Assembly (NCBI GenBank): GCA_965248575.1
Contig: CBDFJQ010000002.1
Span: 3,296,001 to 3,360,000 of the forward strand
From: Planctomycetota bacterium
GTDB lineage: Bacteria > Planctomycetota > B15-G4
Reading direction: 5' to 3'
DNA length: 64,000 bases
The translations under genes were made by a program, and so were the position numbers. The notes under the pieces are model-generated. The model made no database searches, was not told the DNA's origin, and saw nothing but the letters and a program-made list of their open reading frames with translations. Shown piece after piece: positions 1-8,641 of the stretch. The number at the start of each line of letters is the position of its first letter. The stretch's first letter is position 1.

Positions 1-867
1 TTCCGCCTTCTCGCGGTCAAAGACCGCCTCGGCGTAGCGCCGCTCTTCGTTCAACAGCTGAGTGCGTTCGCTGACCAGGTCGAAGTAATCGCTGGCGATG
101 CTGATGGCGTGGTCTTGCCGGAACAACTCGAAGCTGCGGACTTCGTAGACCATGTTGCGCTCGGCCTGCGTCAGCGCCTCATGGGACACCTCGTAACCAG
201 CGCCACGCAACAACGGTTGGTTGAGCGAGAAGTTCAGGTTGGAGGTGTAGACATCCCGCGCGGAGGGCGTCGGCGAACGCAGGAAAGACAGGCCGCTCGA
301 CAGGGCAAACGTGCCGCCCGTGGGAAGGATCTGGCTGACGCCGAAGGAACCGGACGTCGTGGTGCTTGGCGTCCCACCTCTCGCATCCGTGAAGAGGGTG
401 GAAAGGGTCGCATTCAGCTGCGGCCCGAAGTTGAAACGCGTGAGTGACAAGCTCAACCCTTGCAGGTAGAGGCTCTCGCGCCGAGACACGAACTCCCGGC
501 TGGTCGTGAAGGCCGAGATCAGTGCCGAGGCCAGGTCGATGCGTGTGGGCCTACCCTCGACACCTGATCGATCGGCCGCCTCGGACTCCACCCGGTCCTT
601 CTCCATCGTCGCGAGGGCCTGGCCAGCATGCTGGGTCCCAGGCTCGACGGCTTCTTGCTCGATCTCCACCGCAGGCTCTGGCTGAAGAAGGTGCGACTCG
701 CGGGCATCCAGAACCCGGAAGGTGCTCTCGGTGAGGACCTCATCCACCTCCCGATCTGCTTCCCCCACCCACTCAGACGGTGAACGGCAGCTCCCGAGCC
801 CCAGCAGCAGGAGGGATACGGCGGCCCAGCACGCCCGCCTCGATCTCAAGCACAGCACGTCATGCAC
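1..867 (-). CDS. TolC-family outer membrane efflux lipoprotein (3' end runs off the window)
   Basis: Not in the ORF track; translated by hand. GTG at 867 preceded by AAGGAG plus 8 nt. Lipobox-like signal (VSLLLLGLGSC). Motifs IDLASALISAFTTSREFVSRRESLYLQGLSLSLTRFNF and LNQPLLRGAGYEVSHEALTQAERNMVYEVRSFELFRQ resemble planctomycete TolC proteins. Confidence 0.8.
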   Translation of the reverse strand, partial: MHDVLCLRSRRACWAAVSLLLLGLGSCRSPSEWVGEADREVDEVLTESTFRVLDARESHLLQPEPAVEIEQEAVEPGTQHAGQALATMEKDRVESEAADRSGVEGRPTRIDLASALISAFTTSREFVSRRESLYLQGLSLSLTRFNFGPQLNATLSTLFTDARGGTPSTTTSGSFGVSQILPTGGTFALSSGLSFLRSPTPSARDVYTSNLNFSLNQPLLRGAGYEVSHEALTQAERNMVYEVRSFELFRQDHAISIASDYFDLVSERTQLLNEERRYAEAVFDREKAE

Positions 868-1144
868 TTCTCTAACTCCTTGCGCTTCGCTCCTTGCAGA
901 TCCCGCCAAGGAGTCCCCAGGACTCCCAGACTGCATTCGCTGGATGAGATCAGACCCGACACCAGCCGCAAGCAAGACGCGGCCCGCATCCGACTGTCAA
1001 CGGCAACCCACCCCCAACGATCGACGGGAGGCCCAACGTCGGTCTGTATGTCCGAAAGCCCAGCACGCAACGTTGGACTTGAGACCCCAGGAAACCGAAA
1101 GCGGAGTTTAACCAGCCCTGAAAGCTGTTCCCGAAGCAGCCAGC

Positions 1145-2557
1145 TTATGCCACCACCACGTCACCACCTGGAATTCCCCGGGTGACTCCGCGGGTGTCCA
1201 CCACAAGAGGCGCAGCCTCCACCACGAGCGGATAGTCCACACCGGAATGATCCGTGACGATCACGACGGCCGTACATGTTTCCAACCCTTGGCGATTCAG
1301 TTCTTCACTGGAGAGCGCCTCGCGTCGCCCGTGGGCGCAGGCCGGTTCCGCCGGGACATGGGGGTCGTGATAGGACACCCGCGCCCCCGCGTCGTGCAGG
1401 ATGTCCAGCAGGGCAAGGCCCGGGCTTCCGCGCACATCGTTCACATCCCGCTTGTACGCGATGCCCAGGACGAGCACGTCAGCCCCTGCAAGAGGGACCC
1501 CTCGTTGCTCCAGCGCCTGCTCGAGACGCGCCAGCACGTAGCTGGGCATGGAGCGGTTGACTTCACCCGCAAGTTCGATGAAACGCGAGTGCGCACCCGC
1601 CTGCCTCGCTGCCCAAGCCAGGTAGAAGGGGTCGATGGGGATGCAGTGCCCCCCCAAGCCGGGTCCGGGGCGAAAGCCCTGGAAACCAAAGGGTTTCGTG
1701 GAGGCCGCATCGACCACCTCATGGATGTCGATGTCCATGGCGGTGAGCACCATCTTCATCTCATTCACCATGGCGATGTTCACGGCGCGGTAGATGTTCT
1801 CCAGCAACTTGGCGGCCTCGGCGACCTCCGGGCTGCTGACGGGGACGACGGTACGCACCGCGCATTCGTAAAGCGCCACGGCCAGGATTCGCGAGACATC
1901 ATCCAGCGCGCCGACCACCCGCGGGACCTCGGCGCGTGATCCGCCGCGCCCGGGGTCTTCGCGTTCCGGAGCGAAGGCGAGGAAGTACTCATGGCCGCAA
2001 CGCAAGCCACTCTCATCCAGCAGCGGCCGCACCACATCGCGCGTCGTACCCGGGTAGGTCGTCGACTCCAGGACGACCAACTGACCGGGACGCAAGCTCC
2101 GGGCGATGCATCGGCAGGTGTCCGTCACCGCGCTCAAGTCGGGTGCATCACCAACACCCAAGGGCGTGGGCACACAGACGATGACAACGTCCACGGCGGC
2201 CAGACGAGACATGTCGTGCAGCGCCTCGAAGCGCCCAGTGTCATCCAGGGCTCGGACGAAGCCGGCGCCCAGGTGCTCCAGGTCACAGTTGCCGGCCCTC
2301 AGGCGCTTGACCTTGGCCACATCGATGTCGAAACCGAGCACCGTCAGCCCGGCCTCCACCATGGCTCCGGCGACAGGCAGGCCGATGTACCCCAACCCCA
2401 TGACACCCACCACGGCGCGCCGGGATTCGATCAGCGCTCGGAGCTGCTGCGCCTCAGGCGAGCCTGCGTTGGCGCCGAGAGACGCCTTGTGAGCAGGACG
2501 TGGGGCGGCACCGGTCGAAGCCTCGGGGCCTTGCTGGTTCAAGCTGAACTCGCTCAC
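1145..2557 (-). CDS. Nucleotide-sugar 6-dehydrogenase (UDP-GlcNAc/ManNAc dehydrogenase, WbpA/WecC family)
   Basis: GLGYIGLP Rossmann motif, CVPTP, LESTTYPGTT, PEREDPG, KLLENIYRAVNIA, catalytic GGHCIPIDP, GIAYKRDVNDVRGSP. Confidence 0.93.
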   Translation of the reverse strand: MSEFSLNQQGPEASTGAAPRPAHKASLGANAGSPEAQQLRALIESRRAVVGVMGLGYIGLPVAGAMVEAGLTVLGFDIDVAKVKRLRAGNCDLEHLGAGFVRALDDTGRFEALHDMSRLAAVDVVIVCVPTPLGVGDAPDLSAVTDTCRCIARSLRPGQLVVLESTTYPGTTRDVVRPLLDESGLRCGHEYFLAFAPEREDPGRGGSRAEVPRVVGALDDVSRILAVALYECAVRTVVPVSSPEVAEAAKLLENIYRAVNIAMVNEMKMVLTAMDIDIHEVVDAASTKPFGFQGFRPGPGLGGHCIPIDPFYLAWAARQAGAHSRFIELAGEVNRSMPSYVLARLEQALEQRGVPLAGADVLVLGIAYKRDVNDVRGSPGLALLDILHDAGARVSYHDPHVPAEPACAHGRREALSSEELNRQGLETCTAVVIVTDHSGVDYPLVVEAAPLVVDTRGVTRGIPGGDVVVA

Positions 2558-4035
2558 GTGCTCTCCGCCGGTGCTGTGTCAGGAGGGGCTGGCTCAGACA
2601 GATCCGCGACGTCCCGTAGGCCTCGTTCCCACTTGCCGCTGATGAACAGCAAGGTCATCACGAGGCCCTTCAGGGCAGCGCTGATCACGATGGCATACCA
2701 GACGCCTGCGAGGCCCCAAGTCGTCCCAAGCGCCAGGCCAAAAGCGATGGGAAGCCTCAGCAGATTGCCGGGGATGGAGACGCAGGCGGCCATGACAGGC
2801 GAACCAGCCACTGTCATCGTGTCCCCATAGACCATCTCCATGGCCTGGGGAATCTGGCAGAAGGCCATGATGCTGATGTAGAGCGCCGCCGCCTCCAGGA
2901 TGCCCGGGTCGTCGGTGTAGATGCCGGCCAGGGCGCCTGGGACGCTGAGAAAGATCGCCGTCGTCAACAGCATCACGGCGCTCGTCAGGAGCACACCCAC
3001 ATGACCCGCGCGGCGAGCGCGCGGCAGATCCCCTGCACCAATGGCGTGGGCCGCCACGGTGCCCGTGGCCACGCCGAAGCCCAACACGACCATGAACGAA
3101 AGACTCTCGACCCCGCGGAACCCGATCGCGTAGGCACCGAGTGCGTCTTGCCCGAAGCGTGCAATGAGGTCCGTGAGGCAGGCCGCCACCACCGCATACA
3201 GCAGGGTCGAAGCGCCCGAGGGCATGCCCACCCGCAGGATCTCGGCGCCCATGCGGCGGTTCCGGCGGTAGCTCACACGCTGCAACAGCCCTTCGAAATG
3301 ACCCCGCTTCACGAGCCGGCGAAAACCCACCACAGCCGAGAGCAGGCGCGAAGCACCGGTCGCCATGGCCGCCCCGGCGATCCCCAGGCCACCCACCTCC
3401 CAGGACACACCACCGAACTGGAAGTCATGGGGCAGCACCAACAGCCAGTTAAGCGCCGTGTTCGCCAGCACTGCCATGGCCTGCAGCTTGAAGGGGGTCT
3501 TGGTGTCCCCCATGCCCTGGAAGCAGAACTCGATCAAGGGCGAGAGGAAGAGCACCGGCGCAAAGATCATCAGCGTGCGGATGTACTCCGTGCCCGCCAC
3601 GATGGTGGCGCCTTCCCCCCCCATGGCTTCCAGGATCTCCGGGATGAAGACCCACTCCAGGACGGCGAGCGGGACGAGTACCAGCAAGGCGAGACGGATG
3701 CCCTGGGCCATGGCGGCCTGGCAGCCAGCCAGATCGCGCGCTCCAAATCGACGGCCCACCAGGCTCTGGGTGCCCCGGGCCAGGGTCAGAATGAAGCCGA
3801 AGTTGGCAATGCTGACGATCTGGAAGAGACCCATGGCGTTCGTCGCCTCGGGCCCCACCGCCTTCAGGAAGTACGCATCGTTGACGTGATAGAAGTTCGG
3901 CAGCAGGAAGGACAGCACGGCCGGCCCCGCCAGCCAGCAGATGGCCGCTGCCAAGGGCTGCCCGGTGGTGTCCCTCACGAGCCCCACGTCCGCTGAAAGC
4001 CCCCTGGCCGGGTACGGCGCAGGGATCGCTGGCAA
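2554..4035 (-). CDS. MATE-family (MOP superfamily) transporter
   Basis: About 12 TM segments with the MATE internal repeat (GRRFGARD / AHAIGAGD; FQGMGDTKTP; ILRVGMPS; GLAGVW). Start uncertain (TTG 4035 or GTG 3987). Confidence 0.88.
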   Translation of the reverse strand: MPAIPAPYPARGLSADVGLVRDTTGQPLAAAICWLAGPAVLSFLLPNFYHVNDAYFLKAVGPEATNAMGLFQIVSIANFGFILTLARGTQSLVGRRFGARDLAGCQAAMAQGIRLALLVLVPLAVLEWVFIPEILEAMGGEGATIVAGTEYIRTLMIFAPVLFLSPLIEFCFQGMGDTKTPFKLQAMAVLANTALNWLLVLPHDFQFGGVSWEVGGLGIAGAAMATGASRLLSAVVGFRRLVKRGHFEGLLQRVSYRRNRRMGAEILRVGMPSGASTLLYAVVAACLTDLIARFGQDALGAYAIGFRGVESLSFMVVLGFGVATGTVAAHAIGAGDLPRARRAGHVGVLLTSAVMLLTTAIFLSVPGALAGIYTDDPGILEAAALYISIMAFCQIPQAMEMVYGDTMTVAGSPVMAACVSIPGNLLRLPIAFGLALGTTWGLAGVWYAIVISAALKGLVMTLLFISGKWERGLRDVADLSEPAPPDTAPAEST

Positions 4036-4106
4036 GCACGAGCTGGCATCGAGGAGGTTGCTCCCAGCAAAGGCGAGGATTGTAGACGTCCCATCAGACC
4101 GGAAGA

Positions 4107-5459
4107 ATGCCCCGCATGTCTGCTCGCGTCTGCATTGCCGGTGGTGGCCCCACCGGCCTCATGATGGCTCGCCTCCTCGCGGAGGACGGCCACCAAGTCA
4201 CCGTCTACGAGGCCGATGGGGAGATCGGCGGCCTGTGCCGAAGCCGGGTGGTGGACGGCTACACCTTCGATCTGGCGGGCGGCCACATCATGTTCACCAA
4301 GGACCAGCGCGTGTCCGATTTCTGGACCGAGCTGTTCGTGGACGAGCCCTGCGTGGTCACGGAGCGCAAGACGCGCATCCTGCACGACAAAGATCACTGG
4401 GTGAGTTACCCCTTCGAGAACGCCTTGGGCGAGCTGCCCCTGGAGCACAACCTTGAGTGCACCGAGGGCGTCGTCCGGGCCTACCTCGAACGACAGGCTG
4501 GCGCGGCGGAGCCCCAGGACTTCGAGGGCTGGATCCGCTGGAAGATGGGGGCCGGCGTCGCCAAACACTTCATGGAGCCCTACAACCGCAAGATCTGGAA
4601 GAGCGATCTGGCGAACATGGGCACGGTCTGGATTGCGGGCCGGGTGCCCGACGCCCCGCTCGAGGACGTGCTCAAGGCGTCCCTGGGCGCGACGACCGAG
4701 GGCTACACGCATCAGTCCCAGTTCCGTTACCCGCTGCAAGGTGGGTTCGCGGCGATCCACGAGCGCATCGCGCGCCCCATCGCCAGTCGGGTCCAGCTCA
4801 ACCACCGGGTCGAGCAGATCGAACAGCGGGCCGGCGGCGGTTGGGTGGTGGACGGGGAGGACTTCGACCACGTCATTTCGACCATCCCCCTGCACGTGCT
4901 GCCCAAGGTGCTGCGAGGCATGGACCCGGCCGCCGCACAGGCCGCAAGCAAGCTCCAGTACCGCGGCGTCGCGGCCTACCTGCTCGGCATCGAGGAGGAG
5001 TTTGCCCAACCCTGGAGCTGGGTCTACCTGCCCCACGAGAAGCAGGGCCCTGCCAACCGAATCACCTATCTGTCGAACTACAGCCCGCGCAATGCCCCCA
5101 CCGGCAAGGCGTCCATCATGGCTGAGGTCACCTACGCCGGCAGCCCGCCAGCGACGGATGAAGCCGGTCGCCTGGCCGTGGCGCACGGCCTGTCGGATGC
5201 CGGGCTACTGCACACCGACCGACTGACGGTCACCGACGCCCACGTGAACCCCGTGGCCTACATCCTCTACGACCAGCAATTCGAGTCGAAGCGGAACACC
5301 CTGCTGGCGCATCTCGATGGCATGGAGGGGTTCCATGCCATCGGTCGCTTCGGTCGTTACGAGTACCACAACTCCGACCAGTGCCTAGCCCAGGCCATGG
5401 ACCTCCACGCCCGACTGAGCCCCGAGCTCGCCCGCGGCGGGGGTGAGGCCGATGCCTGA
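4107..5459 (+). CDS. FAD-dependent oxidoreductase, UDP-galactopyranose mutase / HemY-like family
   Basis: GGGPTG dinucleotide fold, GGLCRS, GYTFD..GGH, YPFE, FMEPYNRKIW, FRYPLQGG, WVYLP, AYILYD, GRFGRYEYHNSD. Confidence 0.8.
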   Translation: MPRMSARVCIAGGGPTGLMMARLLAEDGHQVTVYEADGEIGGLCRSRVVDGYTFDLAGGHIMFTKDQRVSDFWTELFVDEPCVVTERKTRILHDKDHWVSYPFENALGELPLEHNLECTEGVVRAYLERQAGAAEPQDFEGWIRWKMGAGVAKHFMEPYNRKIWKSDLANMGTVWIAGRVPDAPLEDVLKASLGATTEGYTHQSQFRYPLQGGFAAIHERIARPIASRVQLNHRVEQIEQRAGGGWVVDGEDFDHVISTIPLHVLPKVLRGMDPAAAQAASKLQYRGVAAYLLGIEEEFAQPWSWVYLPHEKQGPANRITYLSNYSPRNAPTGKASIMAEVTYAGSPPATDEAGRLAVAHGLSDAGLLHTDRLTVTDAHVNPVAYILYDQQFESKRNTLLAHLDGMEGFHAIGRFGRYEYHNSDQCLAQAMDLHARLSPELARGGGEADA

Positions 5460-6420
5460 GGAGAGCGCTCCCCCGAACGTGGCGCTCGTCATCCCCACGT
5501 GGAATGGCGGCGCCTTGTTCGAGCGGGTCCTCGAGATGTGGGGCACGCAGACCGGGGTGGGGCAGCTGGAAGTCGTCTGCCCCGATTCCGGCAGCAGCGA
5601 TGGAACGAAAGACGCCGTGCGTCGGGCCGGTGGGACGGCCTTTGGCATCGCGCAGAGCGACTTCAACCACGGCGGCACCCGCAACCTCGCCCTGCACCAG
5701 ACCAGCGCCGACTTCATCATCCTCAGCGTGCAGGACGCGCTGCCCCTCAGCGCGACCGTGGCCCACGAGCTGGTGTCACCAATGGTGGCCGACCCCGAGC
5801 TCTGCGCGACCTACGGCCGCCAGGTCCCCAGGGACAGCTGCCACCCGGTGCTCCGGGCACGCATCGGCGAATGGGCAGGCGGCGACGAGCCGGTGGTCCA
5901 GGAGCTGGCGGGCCAAGACTGGGGAAGCATGGACCCCTTCGATCGCTTGGGGCTCATCCGCTACGACCATGTCATCGCCTGCGTGCGTCGCAGCACCTGG
6001 GAACAGCACTTGATCGGCGAAGTGTCCTTCGGGGAAGACGTCGAGTGGGCCTCCCGGGTCATCCGCGCCGGGGGCCGCATTGCCTTCGCTCCGGCCGCCG
6101 TCGTGGAACACAGCCACGACCGCACGCCGTGGGATGAGGCCCGGCGCATCTACTGCGACCATCGCAACCTCAGCCATCTCGTCGGCCTGGTGACCGTGCC
6201 CGAGCGCGCCCTCATCCGCCAGAACGTCCAGGCAGCCCGCGCCCACTACAAAGGCCTCGTGGAGGCGCAGCAGGATGTGGACGCGACCACCCGCGCCAAC
6301 TGGCAGCGCTGGGCCGACAAGCTCGCCCTGTATGAGAATTGGGCGCAGTTCCTGGGGGCCAACTGGTCGCGCAAGGCCTGGTTCCAACCCCTGGACCGCT
6401 GGCTCCGCCGTCGTATTTGA
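5452..6420 (+). CDS. Glycosyltransferase family 2 (rhamnosyltransferase-like)
   Basis: VIPTWNG, DSGSSDGT, FNHGGTRN, VQDALP, YGRQVPR, GEDVEWA, VEHSH. ATG 5452 overlaps the upstream stop. Confidence 0.88.
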   Translation: MPEESAPPNVALVIPTWNGGALFERVLEMWGTQTGVGQLEVVCPDSGSSDGTKDAVRRAGGTAFGIAQSDFNHGGTRNLALHQTSADFIILSVQDALPLSATVAHELVSPMVADPELCATYGRQVPRDSCHPVLRARIGEWAGGDEPVVQELAGQDWGSMDPFDRLGLIRYDHVIACVRRSTWEQHLIGEVSFGEDVEWASRVIRAGGRIAFAPAAVVEHSHDRTPWDEARRIYCDHRNLSHLVGLVTVPERALIRQNVQAARAHYKGLVEAQQDVDATTRANWQRWADKLALYENWAQFLGANWSRKAWFQPLDRWLRRRI

Positions 6421-6550
6421 TGGAGGCCCATCGGAACCCCTTGGGTTGCCCTCGGTTTCATGCCGACCAAGCCCCGTAGCCTCTGGACCCCTCCACTCCT
6501 CTCCCTAGCTTGCTCGCCCGTCCCTCGACGGCCAGAATGAACCGCTGCCC

Positions 6551-8641
6551 ATGCTGCTTCGCTCCCTGACCTGCCTCGCCCTGACGACCGCCCTGCTGGG
6601 CAGCGCTTGCTCGGATAGCTCCGAGCCGGCCAGTTCCGGAGAGCGGGCCAGCGGCTCGGCGGCGGGCGCCGGGGGCTCGGAGACTCCTCTGCCGACGCCT
6701 GAGAACACGCCGGTGCCCCAGGCCAAGGGCCCCCAGACCGTCGTGCTCATCAGCCTCGACACCCTGCGGCCCGACCGGCTGGGCATCTACGGCAACACCG
6801 CAGGTTCCCTCGAGGTCTCCCCACGCATCGACGCCTTCAGCCGCGAGGCGGTGGTGTTCGACCAGGCGCTGGCCGCCTCGCCGTGGACGCTGCCCTCGCA
6901 TATGACGATGCTCACAGGCCTCGACCCCATTGCCCATGGCGTCAAGAACGGTGCGTACAAGTTGTCGAGTGGCGTGCCAACCCTCGCTGAGGGCCTCAAG
7001 GAGGCTGGTTTCTCCACGGGTGCCTTCACGGACGGCGGCTTCGTCATCCGGCGTTACGGCTTTGACGCTGGCTTCGATCTGTTCGACGACGTGCGCAATG
7101 CCAAGGGCGAAGGCCCCAACGGCTTCGAGCGCCTCTTGCCCAAGGCCCTCGACTGGCTGGAGGACCGCAAGGCCAACGAAGACGCCTTCCTCTTCCTGCA
7201 CACCTTCGACGTGCACGCTCCCTTTGATGAGGGCGACGAGGATGTGATCGAGCGATTCCGCAAGCGGCCCACCCCTGATGGCCCGGACGACTGGGGCTTG
7301 TCCATCGTGAGCCACATGCACCAGCAGACGCGCATGGGGCTGGACGAATACACCCGCCTTTCGCAGCTGGCCAACGACTACGACGCCGGCGTCTACGAGG
7401 TGGACCGAGGCGTGGGCAAGGTCATCGACACCCTGAAGGACATGGGTCGTTACGACGACGCGCTGATCATCATCACCTCCGACCACGGTGAGTCCTTCTT
7501 CGAACACGGCCTGCACGTGGGCCACGGCATCGGCCTCAAGGACGATGAGCTGCGGGTTCCGCTCATCGTGAAGTACCCGGGTGCCGTAGGCGGCGGCAGC
7601 CGGCACGATGAGCTCGTCGGCCTGGTGGACATTCCCCGCACGGTGCTCGAAGTAGCCCGGCTCGATATCCCCGAGACGACGCAAGGCGAGAGCCTGGTTG
7701 GCCTCAGCCGTGGCATGCGTCGCAAGGTGGATTTCATCGTGGGCGCCTCCCAGAACATCCGCGCCTTCTTCTTGGTGCAGAACGGCTTCAAGTACATCAC
7801 TCCCGTGGGCGTCGAGCCGATGCTCATGGCCCAGCGGCACCTGGGCCCCCAGTCGCCGAGCTGCATCAAGCCCAACCCTGACAGCCTCACCTACACCATC
7901 GGTGCCGAGCCCGAGACCACCACGCTGGTGTATGACCTGGAAGGGGACCCCCTGGGCCTGCGGGATGTGCTGCCCTCGGCAGAGGAGCTCTATGACCGGG
8001 GCACCGATCCCGGGGAGATGGAGAACCTGGCGACGAACAGTCCGCCGCAGCTGGAGAAGATGCGGCAGATCTTCGAGAACCACTACGCCGCCTCGGACGC
8101 CATCGGGCTCGAGTTCTTCGACCCGGACGACCCGGACGCAAACGAGTCGGACCCCACGGACCTGAGAGTCCTGCAGGCCCTCGGCTACCTCGACAACCCC
8201 ACCAAGCAGTCGGCCCGCTCCATCCCGCGCCACATGCGCGAATGGGTGACGAACCCCTGGGTCGCCCCGGACACCGAACTGCTGCAACAGGCAGATCGCC
8301 GCGTGCAGCGCGTGCGGGCACGGGCTCGGGAGGGCAACCTCACCCAGGCGGATCGCGACGCCCTCCAGAAGGCCGGGTCCGAGTACCTCAAGTGGTACGA
8401 GCAGCACCAGCACTTCCGGACGCGCATCGAGTGGCGCGTGCTCGTCGTGCTGGGGCTGGCCGAAGACGCCGGCTTCAGCTTGAACATCGCAGCTTGGAGC
8501 AAGAGCATCCCGCCCGGCACCTGGACGATCGAGACGCTCGTGCCCAGCACGGGCACGGAGCAGGGCACCGGGCAGAACATCGACCCGGCACCGGGATCGG
8601 AATCAGGGTCGACCGAAGGCACGGACGACAGCGGCAAGTGA
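6551..8641 (+). CDS. Sulfatase-like (alkaline phosphatase superfamily) lipoprotein
   Basis: Lipobox LGSAC; ISLDTLRPD, SPWTLPSH, HTFDVHAP, TSDHGE, LRVPLI, ELYD...DPGE..NLA, LQALGYL. Confidence 0.88.
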   Translation: MLLRSLTCLALTTALLGSACSDSSEPASSGERASGSAAGAGGSETPLPTPENTPVPQAKGPQTVVLISLDTLRPDRLGIYGNTAGSLEVSPRIDAFSREAVVFDQALAASPWTLPSHMTMLTGLDPIAHGVKNGAYKLSSGVPTLAEGLKEAGFSTGAFTDGGFVIRRYGFDAGFDLFDDVRNAKGEGPNGFERLLPKALDWLEDRKANEDAFLFLHTFDVHAPFDEGDEDVIERFRKRPTPDGPDDWGLSIVSHMHQQTRMGLDEYTRLSQLANDYDAGVYEVDRGVGKVIDTLKDMGRYDDALIIITSDHGESFFEHGLHVGHGIGLKDDELRVPLIVKYPGAVGGGSRHDELVGLVDIPRTVLEVARLDIPETTQGESLVGLSRGMRRKVDFIVGASQNIRAFFLVQNGFKYITPVGVEPMLMAQRHLGPQSPSCIKPNPDSLTYTIGAEPETTTLVYDLEGDPLGLRDVLPSAEELYDRGTDPGEMENLATNSPPQLEKMRQIFENHYAASDAIGLEFFDPDDPDANESDPTDLRVLQALGYLDNPTKQSARSIPRHMREWVTNPWVAPDTELLQQADRRVQRVRARAREGNLTQADRDALQKAGSEYLKWYEQHQHFRTRIEWRVLVVLGLAEDAGFSLNIAAWSKSIPPGTWTIETLVPSTGTEQGTGQNIDPAPGSESGSTEGTDDSGK

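Noticed and set aside
6458..8413. 651-aa antisense ORF, and similar long shadow ORFs (e.g. 42607-44169, 50435-51700, 58026-59363, 40266-41474)
   Set aside because: They lie opposite well-supported genes and have no motifs; long stop-free antisense frames are expected from high-GC codon bias.
8242..8637. N-terminal extensions in the ORF track (8242, 15626, 18878, 19615, 32135, 32469, 36292, 44736, 53420, 60868, 61481)
   Set aside because: They overlap neighbouring real genes or promoters; downstream starts with overlaps, RBS or signal peptides fit better.
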